A stretch of 64,000 bases of DNA, from the NCBI GenBank assembly GCA_963803705.1, contig CAWDNU010000001.1, forward strand, positions 646,785 to 710,784, given 5' to 3'. Within the stretch, counting starts at the first letter, position 1; each line of letters begins with the position of its first letter. Of the stretch, positions 10,966 to 20,853 are shown piece after piece. This DNA comes from an uncultured Pseudobdellovibrionaceae bacterium (lineage in GTDB: Bacteria > Bdellovibrionota > Bdellovibrionia > Bdellovibrionales > UBA1609). Under the pieces are notes generated by a model. That model did no database searches. It had not been told where the DNA came from and saw nothing but the letters and a program-made list of their open reading frames with translations. The translations under genes and the position numbers were made by a program.

Positions 10966-12568
10966 AGTGTTAAACATTGAAAATTTAGTTTCTAGTACAA
11001 AACTAGATGATTCAGATTCAAATAATCTGAACCTCTGGGTAGTTGAGTCTATTAGGGTTGGATTTTATCTGTTTGCAGTTATCACTTCAATTGTTGCACA
11101 GGTTTTAAATCCATATTTCTTGAACTTCAACATTTGGCTACCAGTTTTTCTTTGCGTGATTTTTGGTCTGGTATTGCATTTTGGGATAATTTTATTGTAC
11201 CAAAAAGTCAAAATCTATAAATATTTTGAGCTATCTATTTTTATTGTGGACGCCTTATTCATAGCTGCTTTTAACTACTATACTTATTTTTCATATCCTT
11301 TCTTTACGGTCTTGTTTCTATTAAATATCGCTTTATCTTCATTTGTACTAGGTGGCTCATACAGCGTATTAGTTGCAGGCGCTTCAACCTTATTTTACAC
11401 AGTGATTTATTTGGCCAGGTTTTCAGGCGCAGGCATAGATCAGATTACTTATTTATTAAATATTTTAACATTTTATATTTCTGCGATTCTATCTGGTTAT
11501 TTAGGAGACTTGTTAATTTCTAGAAGTCGGCAACTGAATATTACTAAAACGGATTTGTTAGATTTAAAAACCTTAAGCCAGGTTATCATCAAAAACATAG
11601 GAGTAGGTTTGGTATCTTATGAAAAAAACAAGTCTGTTTCTTTTTCGAATACAGCTGCTCAAAATATCTTAGGATCCCAGCTAGATAATAAAGCTAATGT
11701 GATAAAGAAAAGTATATTGTTTGATCCAGTTGAAAATAAACAACAGACCAAAAGACAAGAATTAGACCTGGATATTCATGGTATAAGAAAAAACTTGGAA
11801 TTGATCACCACCTATATACCAGACGTTAATCTGCAAACTAAATGGATTTTACTTGTTCAAGATTTAACTGAAATTAAAAGTCTTCAAAAAGAATTGATGT
11901 TAAAAGAGAAACTTGCAGCCATAGGACAGCTTGCTGGGGGAATAGCTCACGAAATTAGAAATCCACTTGCGAGCATTAGTGGAAGCGTTGAGATGCTAAA
12001 AGAATCTACTAGGGACCTTAATCCAGAAAATACTAAGTTGTTTTCAATAATAATTAAAGAAATTGATCGTTTGAATTTATTAATTACAGATTTTTTAAGT
12101 TTTGTCAGACCTGAAGTTAAACGGTCAGATTTAATTTCGTTAAAAAGTCTTATCGAAGATATTTTAGCACTAGTAAAATTTGATAAGAAACTGTCTGAAA
12201 ATGTAACCTTTGAAACGGATATGTCAGATATTGCTGTTAAGTGCGACCAAGGAAAATTAAAACAAGCTTTTATTAATATTGTGACTAATGCTTTGCAGGC
12301 CATGGGCAATAAGGATGGAAGTGTTTTTATATGTCGCGTGAAGCACGAGGGCTATTTTGCTAGCGTTGAGTTTACTGACAATGGTCCAGGGATGAACGAA
12401 AGCACAGTGGAAAAAATTTTAGAGCCTTTTTATACAACTAAAGAAAAGGGCACAGGCCTTGGTCTAGCAATTACTCATAGGATCATAGAGGGTCATGAAG
12501 GTGCGTTAAAAATTTTCTCTAATGAAAAAAAAGGGACAACTTTTTTCATAAGGCTGCCGATAAAATAA
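10946..12568 (+). CDS. pilS: PilS-like membrane sensor histidine kinase
   Basis: About six TMs, PAS-like region, AHEIRNPL, GTGLGL; lies between pilC and pilR. Confidence 0.8.
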   Translation: MPLRLFKVLNIENLVSSTKLDDSDSNNLNLWVVESIRVGFYLFAVITSIVAQVLNPYFLNFNIWLPVFLCVIFGLVLHFGIILLYQKVKIYKYFELSIFIVDALFIAAFNYYTYFSYPFFTVLFLLNIALSSFVLGGSYSVLVAGASTLFYTVIYLARFSGAGIDQITYLLNILTFYISAILSGYLGDLLISRSRQLNITKTDLLDLKTLSQVIIKNIGVGLVSYEKNKSVSFSNTAAQNILGSQLDNKANVIKKSILFDPVENKQQTKRQELDLDIHGIRKNLELITTYIPDVNLQTKWILLVQDLTEIKSLQKELMLKEKLAAIGQLAGGIAHEIRNPLASISGSVEMLKESTRDLNPENTKLFSIIIKEIDRLNLLITDFLSFVRPEVKRSDLISLKSLIEDILALVKFDKKLSENVTFETDMSDIAVKCDQGKLKQAFINIVTNALQAMGNKDGSVFICRVKHEGYFASVEFTDNGPGMNESTVEKILEPFYTTKEKGTGLGLAITHRIIEGHEGALKIFSNEKKGTTFFIRLPIK

Positions 12569-12596
12569 ATGAAAGGTTTCATAATGGGGAGTTCAG

Positions 12597-14024
12597 ATGA
12601 GTTTAAAGCACCGAATCTTAGTTGTTGATGATGAAGAATCAATAAGAGAATTTCTGGAAATTATGCTTAAAAAAGAAGGTTACACAGTGACTTGCGCCGA
12701 AAATGGAAAAGTCGCTAAAGAGATTTTAGAAAAAAAATCTTTTGATCTTGTTATTTCAGATTTTCAGATGCCAGAAATGACAGGAATGGAATTATTAAAG
12801 TATGTCAAGGATAATTTGCCACAAACAATTTTTATGATGATTACAGCATTTGGAACAACTGAGTCAGCAGTTGAAGCTATGAAAATAGGGGCCTACGATT
12901 ACATCACCAAACCGTTTAAAATTGATGAAGTAAGAATTAATATCGCAAACGCTTTGCGCAGTCTATCTTTGGAAAAAGAAAACAGACATCTTAAAAAAGA
13001 GCTTGTTAGAGAGTATAATTTTGGAAATCTAATTGGAAACACGGATGTTATGCACGAGGTTTTTAGCTTAATACAAAGAGTAAGTGCTGCGCCAACAAAT
13101 ATATTGATCACTGGTGAAAGTGGAACAGGTAAAGAGGTCATAGCTAAAGCTATTCACTACAATGGCAGCTCTAAGGAAAGACCTTTTATAACAGTCAACT
13201 GTGGAGCTATACCAGAAAACCTTATGGAGTCTGAAATGTTCGGTCACAAAAAAGGTGCTTTCACGGGCGCGGTGGTTGATAAAGAGGGTTTGTTTGAAGC
13301 TGCCAACGGGGGAACACTATTCTTAGATGAAATTGGTGAGCTTCCGTTAAATATGCAGGTGAAGGTGTTAAGGGCTATACAAGAACGAGTTGTAAGGCGT
13401 GTTGGAGGTAATGAAGATACTCGCGTGGACGTAAGACTAATTGCTGCCACCAACCGTGATCTTCAACCGATGGTTACTGAAAATACATTTAGGCAAGACT
13501 TATACTATCGTTTAAATGTTATTCAAATAATGGCTCCATCGCTAAGAGAAAGAGTTGCAGATATTCCTTTGTTAGCAAATCACTTTTTAAAAAAATATAA
13601 TGATCGCTTGGGTAAAAATATTCAGGGTATCACGGCTGAAGCCATGCAGTCTTTAAAGGCTTACAATTATCCAGGTAACGTTAGAGAGCTTGAAAACGTT
13701 ATTGAAAGAACTGTGGCATTAGAGCCAGGCTCGTCAATTTTACCAGAGAGTTTACCCGCTTTCGTAAATACAAGCGAAGGTAGAAAACTCGTTTCAAGCC
13801 ATGAAATCGAAGTTACCGATGATGGTGTCGATTTGGAAAAAATACTTGGCCAAATTGAAAAGGAACTGTTGATTAAAGCAATGCACACATCAGGCGGAGT
13901 TAAAAAGCGTGCAGCCAAACTGCTTAGCATTACTTTTAGATCGATGAGATATCGAGCCGAAAAACATGACTTAAAAGCCTTGATGGAAGATGAAGGCGAC
14001 GACGAAAGTGCAGAGGCCGTATAA
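12597..14024 (+). CDS. pilR: PilR-like sigma54-dependent response regulator
   Basis: Receiver, GESGTGKE, GAFTGA, YPGNVRELEN, C-terminal AAKLLSITFRSMRYR typical of PilR. Confidence 0.88.
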   Translation: MSLKHRILVVDDEESIREFLEIMLKKEGYTVTCAENGKVAKEILEKKSFDLVISDFQMPEMTGMELLKYVKDNLPQTIFMMITAFGTTESAVEAMKIGAYDYITKPFKIDEVRINIANALRSLSLEKENRHLKKELVREYNFGNLIGNTDVMHEVFSLIQRVSAAPTNILITGESGTGKEVIAKAIHYNGSSKERPFITVNCGAIPENLMESEMFGHKKGAFTGAVVDKEGLFEAANGGTLFLDEIGELPLNMQVKVLRAIQERVVRRVGGNEDTRVDVRLIAATNRDLQPMVTENTFRQDLYYRLNVIQIMAPSLRERVADIPLLANHFLKKYNDRLGKNIQGITAEAMQSLKAYNYPGNVRELENVIERTVALEPGSSILPESLPAFVNTSEGRKLVSSHEIEVTDDGVDLEKILGQIEKELLIKAMHTSGGVKKRAAKLLSITFRSMRYRAEKHDLKALMEDEGDDESAEAV

Positions 14025-14034
14025 TTAGCAAAAT

Positions 14035-14892
14035 TTACTTTTCAGCATAATTGTATAAAAGTGCGCCGTTCATGCAACTTAGCATAAGTGCTTGTTGAGA
14101 CGGTGGAAAGGTTATGCAACCTTCACTGTATCCTATAGAGTCTTTGTCTTCGATATGTTCGGTTACATATTTAGCTGTGTGTAAAACCACATAACGGCGC
14201 CTAGCGTTGTTATTGGTACATGATAATCCGTCTAATTTAATTCCATTATTCGGTCCTGGTCCAAATGTATCTTTTTGACTAGTGTAACTAGCGCCTGTCA
14301 AATAAAATCCCAGTGACGTTTGTAATGAGCCGGGGGAATTTGAAAATCTTGCTGCCCTTAAAGAGTCTTCCTTTTCGTTCGAGCCTTTTCCGTGAGCCGT
14401 GTAGAAGCTATATATTTTCTCTTCTTTTAGTTTAAAAATATGAAGTCTTTTTTGCAGTTTAGTTTTTGTATAATCTGCGACGATAATGCAATCTTGATTG
14501 CGTATATTCTTCGTATTTTTCAAATTATCTTTGCTCAAGCATAAATCTTTTCTAATCAACTGTTCTTTGTGTTTTAAAAAAAATTCAAACGCATTATTTA
14601 CCGCATTGGAATTTATATCAGGATTAATCAATGCATCCTTATATATTTTTGCGTACGGACTGTCTTCCGGTACTACCAATTCTTGTACACTGCCCACTGG
14701 TAATGTCTTAAGTGGAGGCTGCCGTTTTAAAAAAGTGCTGTTATTAGGCCCTTTGGTTTTTAATGGAGCATTGTTTGTAACATCAACCTTCGATTGAATT
14801 TTGGGACTGGTAAAGTTACACCCAATAATTTGAAGCAAGGCTGTCAAAGTTAACACGACTAAAGTAAAATATAAGGCAATTTTTGAAAACAT
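14035..14892 (-). CDS. Murein L,D-transpeptidase catalytic-domain (YkuD_2-type) lipoprotein
   Basis: IIGC lipobox-like; AHGKGS, FSNSPGSLQTSLGFY, NNNARRRYVVLH, GYSEGC catalytic His/Cys. Confidence 0.85.
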   Translation of the reverse strand: MFSKIALYFTLVVLTLTALLQIIGCNFTSPKIQSKVDVTNNAPLKTKGPNNSTFLKRQPPLKTLPVGSVQELVVPEDSPYAKIYKDALINPDINSNAVNNAFEFFLKHKEQLIRKDLCLSKDNLKNTKNIRNQDCIIVADYTKTKLQKRLHIFKLKEEKIYSFYTAHGKGSNEKEDSLRAARFSNSPGSLQTSLGFYLTGASYTSQKDTFGPGPNNGIKLDGLSCTNNNARRRYVVLHTAKYVTEHIEDKDSIGYSEGCITFPPSQQALMLSCMNGALLYNYAEK

Positions 14893-15020
14893 ATTAAAAA
14901 TATAGAACCGAAATTTAATATATGCAATTGGTGCCGAAATGCTTGTGTCAGGACTTTTGCTGGGGTATCAAAATGAAGCTAGCAAAGGGCAATTTCAAAC
15001 TTTCTTTGTAGGAGTTTTAC

Positions 15021-15989
15021 TTGGGACCAGTCACATCTTATTTAAAAGATCATTTTAGGCATTTTAATGCTGCCGCCTTGGTAGATGCAGCAGAGGGTTA
15101 CAAGCTGCATAAATTAAAAAATGGTAAAATGATGGTGACTATGGCTGGTGCCATGAGTACAGCAGAAATAGGCCGAAGCTTTGCCGAGATGATAAGAAAA
15201 GATCAAGTAGATATTATTTCTTGCACTGGAGCAAATTTAGAAGAGGACCTTATGAACCTTGTGGCTCACAAATCTTATAAAAGAGTTCCGCATTATCGTG
15301 ACCTATCCCCCCAAGATGAAGAAGAACTTTTATCCGGTGGGTTTAACCGCGTTACTGACACTTGTATTCCTGAGGAAGAGGCCTTCCGTCGGCTAGAAAA
15401 GCACATTTTAAAAATGTGGAGTAGCGCTGAAGACAAAAACGAACGTTACTTCCCACATGAGTATATGTATCAAATGCTGCTTTCTGGAGTGCTTGAGCCT
15501 TACTACGAAATAGATCCTAAAAATTCCTGGATGTTAGCTGCTGCAAAAGCAAATATTCCTATTGTTGTGCCGGGTTGGGAAGACTCTACTATGGGTAATA
15601 TTTTTGCCGGTTACTGTTTACAAAATGAATTAAAACCATCCACTGTAAAATCCGGTATTGAATACATGACCTGGCTAGCTACATGGTATCAGGAGAATGC
15701 GACGGGTGAGGGCATCGGATTCTTTCAGATTGGCGGTGGCATAGCAGGTGATTTTCCAATCTGTGTGGTGCCGATGTTAAATCAAGATCTGAAAATTAAG
15801 GGCGTGCCCATTTGGCAGTATTTCTGTCAAATTAGCGACTCTACTACGAGTTACGGTTCTTATTCTGGAGCAGTTCCTAACGAAAAGATCACTTGGGGAA
15901 AATTGGCAGCCACGACGCCCAAATTTGTCATCGAATCAGACGCTAGTATTGTCGCGCCGCTTATTTTTGCCTACATTCTAGGCCACTAG
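15021..15989 (+). CDS. Deoxyhypusine synthase-family protein
   Basis: TMAGAMSTAE, SCTGANLEED, IGGGIAGDF, GSYSGAVPNEKITWGK (WGK catalytic Lys retained). Confidence 0.9.
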   Translation: MGPVTSYLKDHFRHFNAAALVDAAEGYKLHKLKNGKMMVTMAGAMSTAEIGRSFAEMIRKDQVDIISCTGANLEEDLMNLVAHKSYKRVPHYRDLSPQDEEELLSGGFNRVTDTCIPEEEAFRRLEKHILKMWSSAEDKNERYFPHEYMYQMLLSGVLEPYYEIDPKNSWMLAAAKANIPIVVPGWEDSTMGNIFAGYCLQNELKPSTVKSGIEYMTWLATWYQENATGEGIGFFQIGGGIAGDFPICVVPMLNQDLKIKGVPIWQYFCQISDSTTSYGSYSGAVPNEKITWGKLAATTPKFVIESDASIVAPLIFAYILGH

Positions 15990-16089
15990 TCACAGCCGGT
16001 TTCTAAATGCTGGCTCAACTTAAAGATATTGCTTTCATAGATACAAAACAGTGAGTGTCTGTGGGCATAAGATGTGCAAAAGTAGAAGC

Positions 16090-16800
16090 ATGAAACTTGA
16101 TCTTTTTAAAAATACGTCTTTATTTTTTCTTGTAGTCTTAATCTCTCAGCTGGCATATGGTTTGCCGAACCATTGCCCTCAAAAAACTGATGGTGTCCCA
16201 TACAACGCTAAATTTCATAAAAAAATAAACACTGCTGTAATCAGTCGAAGTTATGCAAATTCATATTTCAACATGTTGAAAACTATGGAACCCAGTGTTC
16301 CATTCAACTACGTACTAGATGGTTGCGATATGCGTGCTTTGCTTATTTCTAAATGGCTTTTAGAACATAACGGCATTCAAACCTTTAGAGTCGCTATCGA
16401 AGCCGAGCAAGGCTATTTTTATCCCGAAACAAAGTATGCACAAGAGGGTCTGGTTGAGCTAAGCCGTCACACTGCTGCGGGCTTCTGTGTCGTAAACCCA
16501 GAGTCAAATATAGTAGAGCCTTTTATATTAGATCCTTCTTTCTTTGATAAACCGGTGCACTTAGCAACTTGGTTTGCTAAATTCCCATCAGAACCTGGCA
16601 CTAAAATTAAGGCATACTATGGCAATATGTACTCTTTGCACCCAGGTTCAAGTCGCGCACACTTTTTAGGTGCAGAATTGCAAGAGGTTGAAAGACTTCG
16701 GCAAGCCTTTACGGCAGAACAAAGTCGAATGCGTAGAATTGGAGAGATGCCTTACGGCATCGGAAGATCCAGAGGTTCGTATCCTAGCGATTACAAATAA
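16090..16800 (+). CDS. Secreted protein-glutamine glutaminase (deamidase)-like protein
   Basis: Signal peptide; PFNYVLDGCDMRA (Cys), RHTAA (His), ILDPSFFDKPV (Asp) match the order and context of the protein-glutaminase triad. Confidence 0.7.
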   Translation: MKLDLFKNTSLFFLVVLISQLAYGLPNHCPQKTDGVPYNAKFHKKINTAVISRSYANSYFNMLKTMEPSVPFNYVLDGCDMRALLISKWLLEHNGIQTFRVAIEAEQGYFYPETKYAQEGLVELSRHTAAGFCVVNPESNIVEPFILDPSFFDKPVHLATWFAKFPSEPGTKIKAYYGNMYSLHPGSSRAHFLGAELQEVERLRQAFTAEQSRMRRIGEMPYGIGRSRGSYPSDYK

Positions 16801-16804
16801 GTAT

Positions 16805-17305
16805 TTAAACTTGTGAATCAAGATTAGCTAAGTCCTTCAAGGCTTCACCTGTTACACGTTGGGCCGTCCAGCCATCCATAGGCTTTGCGCCGATGGATCT
16901 GTAAAAATCAAGGGCCAACTTATTCCAATCCAAAACTGACCATTCTAAGCGACCGCAGTCTCTTTCTAAAGAAATTTTAGCCAAGTGTGCTAGTAGAAGT
17001 TTACCATAACCCTTCCCGCGAAATTTTGGTTTAACGAAAAGATCTTCAAGGTGTATGCCTGGTCGGCCCAAGAAAGTAGAAAAATTATGAAAGAAAATAG
17101 CTATACCAGCCTTTACTTTATTTTCTTCTAAAAACAAAACTTCTGCGAAAGGGTTAGGTCCAAACAAGTTTTTTATAAGTGTGGCTTCATCTGTTTTAAC
17201 TTCGTGTTCTAGTTTTTCATAAAGAGCTAAGTCTTTTATGAAAAATAAAATTTCGGAAACATCTAGCTTTGTGGCAAATTTAATTTCGACGCCCATAACC
17301 TTCAA
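16805..17305 (-). CDS. GNAT acetyltransferase, spermidine/spermine N1-acetyltransferase-like
   Basis: DLALYEKL, FFHNFSTFLGRPGIHLEDLFV, RGKGYG, RLEWSVLDWN..ALDFY. Confidence 0.85.
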   Translation of the reverse strand: MKVMGVEIKFATKLDVSEILFFIKDLALYEKLEHEVKTDEATLIKNLFGPNPFAEVLFLEENKVKAGIAIFFHNFSTFLGRPGIHLEDLFVKPKFRGKGYGKLLLAHLAKISLERDCGRLEWSVLDWNKLALDFYRSIGAKPMDGWTAQRVTGEALKDLANLDSQV

Positions 17306-18360
17306 ACCACTTTGGTTAGAGTATCAGTTTTAGTTTTCGACTTGATATGATAGAGACTATGAAAAAATGCAGCTGATATAATGATCAAGCCTAGCCCGCC
17401 AGAAACGACTTCAGGAACATGAACTGTTATACTTACGAACATAACAATTGATAAAAGACCAATAGCCCAGAATGCTCCGTGTTCAAGAAAAACGTAAGAA
17501 CTTAAAGAGCCTTTTTCAACCATTAAAATAGTGAAGCTTCTTACATACAACGCTCCAATACCTAGTCCAATTGCAATAATAAGTGGATTAGAAGTGATCG
17601 CGAAAGCAGCGATTACTCCATCGAAACTAAAGGAAGCGTCAAGAATTTCTAAATAAATAAATAACCCTAAACTTTGTTTGCCTAAATCAACTGCTCCTTG
17701 GTTACCATCCATACTAAGGACGTCGCCTATTAATTTCACGGCAATAAAGGTAACAACACCGGCTAAACCACAAAATAAAACGGTGTTACTTAAAGCGGGA
17801 TCGACATACCTAGAAAGAATAAGAAGTCCAACTAGGGTGACACCAACTTCCGTTGATTTAACAGCTCCTAGACGGGCAAGCCTGCGTTCTATAAATGAAA
17901 TCCAGTAAACTTCTTTCTCTGCATCAAAAAAGTAGTTTAAAGCTACAAGGGCCAAGAATACCCCACCGAAAGAAGCTACTTGAGGGTGAACAGAAAGCAT
18001 GATTTCAGCGTACTTAGAGGGGTCATTTAAGGCTAAATTAATTGCAGAAATAGGACCTAAAGCGGCAGCAAAGCAAACTATAGCGATAGGAAAAACTAAG
18101 CGCATCCCAAAAACTGCAATTAAAATTCCCCAAGTTAAAAATCGCCTTTGCCAAATTGGGGTCATTTTTCTTAGCACGGAAGCATTTACGATAGCGTTAT
18201 CGAAAGAAATCGTAGTTTCAAGTAAGGCTAAAATACCTGCAGTGAAAAGAAACTGCAGACCCATAATCCATGATCCTGAGTCATTGAATCCTAAAAACAC
18301 AGCCAAAGCTAAACCGACGGCAGTTAAAAAAAATGTAAGATAAAAGTCCTTAGTTATCAT
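17302..18360 (-). CDS. DUF475 / TerC-like integral membrane protein
   Basis: LETTISFDNAIVNA, GILIAVFGMR, YLEILDASFSFDGVIAAFAIT, LEHGAFWAI. Confidence 0.88.
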   Translation of the reverse strand: MITKDFYLTFFLTAVGLALAVFLGFNDSGSWIMGLQFLFTAGILALLETTISFDNAIVNASVLRKMTPIWQRRFLTWGILIAVFGMRLVFPIAIVCFAAALGPISAINLALNDPSKYAEIMLSVHPQVASFGGVFLALVALNYFFDAEKEVYWISFIERRLARLGAVKSTEVGVTLVGLLILSRYVDPALSNTVLFCGLAGVVTFIAVKLIGDVLSMDGNQGAVDLGKQSLGLFIYLEILDASFSFDGVIAAFAITSNPLIIAIGLGIGALYVRSFTILMVEKGSLSSYVFLEHGAFWAIGLLSIVMFVSITVHVPEVVSGGLGLIIISAAFFHSLYHIKSKTKTDTLTKVV

Positions 18361-18538
18361 GATAGGAACCTATACCAAAAGTAAATTTCAGTATACTTTA
18401 ATTTTTGTATTTAAAGTGCTGGACGCTCTTTGATCAGATTCGCGTCTTTTAAGATCCCCTTTAACACAGATAACTGAATAGGCCTGGCATTTAGTGATTT
18501 TTGTTCTATTTACAAATTAAGATGGTTAAAAATAAGTC

Positions 18539-19264
18539 TTAAAAATTAGAAATCAGTCCCACTAAATGTGGCTCATCAATAAAAGGATTTCGGTTACCCT
18601 GATAGCCTTCTACTTGATCATTTCTAAGAAGTTCCTGGGTATCAACAGGATCTTGATAGTGCCACTGCCTTAAGGCACTTTCTTCAGAATCGGAAATAGA
18701 GATTTTGTATCGAACTGAAAAATAAAAAAGTGCTCTTGCAACGTTTCCCTTGTGTTTTGCAGGTGGCTCGAATGTGCGCTGGCCATTTTTGTCATACCCA
18801 ATGTGGGATTGAGGACACTTAGTATACGATGTGTCTTCGACAACTTCGCCAAAGGGGTAATTACCCCGGATACTATTTAGCTGCGAGTCGGTTGGATATA
18901 GGTGGTGCAAATCAGATTTTTGTGACCTACGGTCCGAACCGCCAAATTTGCTTTGCGGCCAAGTGTGCTCGACATTGATAACATTGTTATTAGGAATTTT
19001 ACCCAAACCAGGGGACATATAATCAGCTTCGCAGTAGACATCTTTGACGAAATAATTATCATTTTTCATGATAATAGCCATGTGACCTAGCAGGCTTCGA
19101 CGGGCCTGTTTATAACTTATCGAATAGTGGTTATGGCTGGTTTCATCAAAGAGCTGATCTCTTAAATCAGATACTTTAGATCCACTACTCAAACTATAAG
19201 ACTGGGTTGAAAACAAAAGGGCGAACGAAAGTATAAAAATACTTCTTGTAACCACGATGTGCAT
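18539..19264 (-). CDS. Secreted endonuclease I-family (His-Me finger) nuclease
   Basis: Signal peptide from ATG 19264; NVEHTWPQS, SDLHHLYPT, NSIRGN, KGNVARALFYF, QGNRNPFID. Confidence 0.88.
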   Translation of the reverse strand: MHIVVTRSIFILSFALLFSTQSYSLSSGSKVSDLRDQLFDETSHNHYSISYKQARRSLLGHMAIIMKNDNYFVKDVYCEADYMSPGLGKIPNNNVINVEHTWPQSKFGGSDRRSQKSDLHHLYPTDSQLNSIRGNYPFGEVVEDTSYTKCPQSHIGYDKNGQRTFEPPAKHKGNVARALFYFSVRYKISISDSEESALRQWHYQDPVDTQELLRNDQVEGYQGNRNPFIDEPHLVGLISNF

Positions 19265-19550
19265 CCTTGCTTGGGTTTGAATAATTGTTTCAACCAGTGG
19301 TAGATTCGTCAAATTAAAAAAAGGTAAATTTTGTTTGATCTCTGTTAAGTGCAGATTTAAACGGTAAGGCTTCAAATTTTTTAAAGTGCCCAAATTACAT
19401 AGGCGCTAGACCTATGTCCCGTTGGGATTCTAACTGTTTACTTTCACCCAACTGACTTTGTGCACCCAATGGCTAAAAGAGGTATTCGTGAAACTAAACC
19501 TGATGGTAGCTACTTTTCAAGTCCACCTTATAGGTAGCGGTCAACTGGCA

Positions 19551-20481
19551 TCACTTTTCTTTGTGCAAAGTAAAGAAGCTAAGTTCTGGTCTGCAATTGA
19601 TGCGCACAGGTAATTTGCTAAAACCTATGCCTCGATTAACATAAAGTTTCGCATCACCTGATTTGTAGTTGGGGATCCAGCCGTCTCCTTTTACCTCGTC
19701 AGGGCTTTGCGGTACAAGCGAAGTCCAGCTCCAATTTGGAAAACCAGGGATACGCGATTTGTCCCCCATGGGTGTGCCCAGCCATAGCAAACTGAATCTT
19801 TGCAGCGCTCGTGTCTTTTAAGGAGTTCGCATTGTGCATAAATAAAATTCGTGGGTTATCACCAACGTTTGAAAGTGCTTTATCTAAGTCACTCATTTTT
19901 GGGTAAAATGGTGCCACGCCGACAATGTGTAAGTCTTGGTCCCTGATCGTCAGCTTGACTGATTGATTGTGCAAGACCTTGATTCCAACAGTTTCAAGCC
20001 TCTTGGTTAAAAATTCAGCCGATTCATTGACCATTCGAGCGCTGTGCGTACCCATCGAATAATCATGGTTTCCTAAAACTGCTAACACTTTTATGCCGTT
20101 GGCAGGCAAAGGCTTTAAAATTGTGATCACAGTATCAATTAGTTTTTCAGTTCTGACTTTGTCATCCTTTTGCCAATCATCTTTAGCGTCATCCTTATCA
20201 TCATCAGTGGGGTGATAAATAAAATCCCCTCCTATAAGCACAGCCTTTGGTTTTCTTTCAAGAATTTTATCAACGGCTTTGGTAATTGCCGATTCGTTTC
20301 CCAACCACATACCTACTTGAAAGTCAGAAAGAAAAGCAATTTCAGATCCGATCCACGACGCTTTTAAATTTTTTATTTGAATTTCGTGATCAGTGACTTC
20401 AAGCCACCTGGGTTCAATTCGGTTTCCCCACAATGCTATCAATCCAATTGTTATAAAAAGTATTCCAACTAGTTTGAGCAT
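19551..20481 (-). CDS. Metallophosphoesterase (YkuE/YaeI-like), one frameshift ~19756
   Basis: SDFQ, GGDF, LGNHD, MHN, AGHTHGGQI; continues in the other frame ...LYVNRGIG..PVRINCRPE. Confidence 0.85.
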
Positions 20482-20853
20482 GATTGCATCCTATGATTAG
20501 ATGTTGAGAAATCAATTTAAAAAAATTATTATAGTAGTCAACCTACCTGGTAGTCACCAATTGCAAAAATATTACTCCGATAAACGCATTTTGAAATCCT
20601 AGAAATAAAATAAGAGTAAGGTAGCATAGTTGTAGCCACTAAGATTTATTAAATGAGTTATGACCCATATTTATTCTTTGCTTTGTCCTGACTAAAATTA
20701 AAGTTTTGTTTTAATCTACACATTACGAACACTACTAAAAGTTTTACAAATTTTAAAAGTACTATATTGTGTAATTATTGTATTTCACTACTGTTGAGTC
20801 TCAGCGTGTTAGTGTAGAAATAAATTTTTTATGTCTTCAAAGGAGAAGCACCT

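Noticed and set aside
18361..18470. Possible yybP-ykoY manganese riboswitch upstream of the TerC-like gene (AAAGGGGA on the minus strand plus hairpins)
   Set aside because: The conserved GGGGAGUAGC core and 3' GAGACC segment are absent
19400..19540. Short open frame (…YFHPTDFVHPMAKRGIRETKPDGSYFSSPPYR*) that might be a gene remnant
   Set aside because: No convincing start/RBS and no recognisable homology
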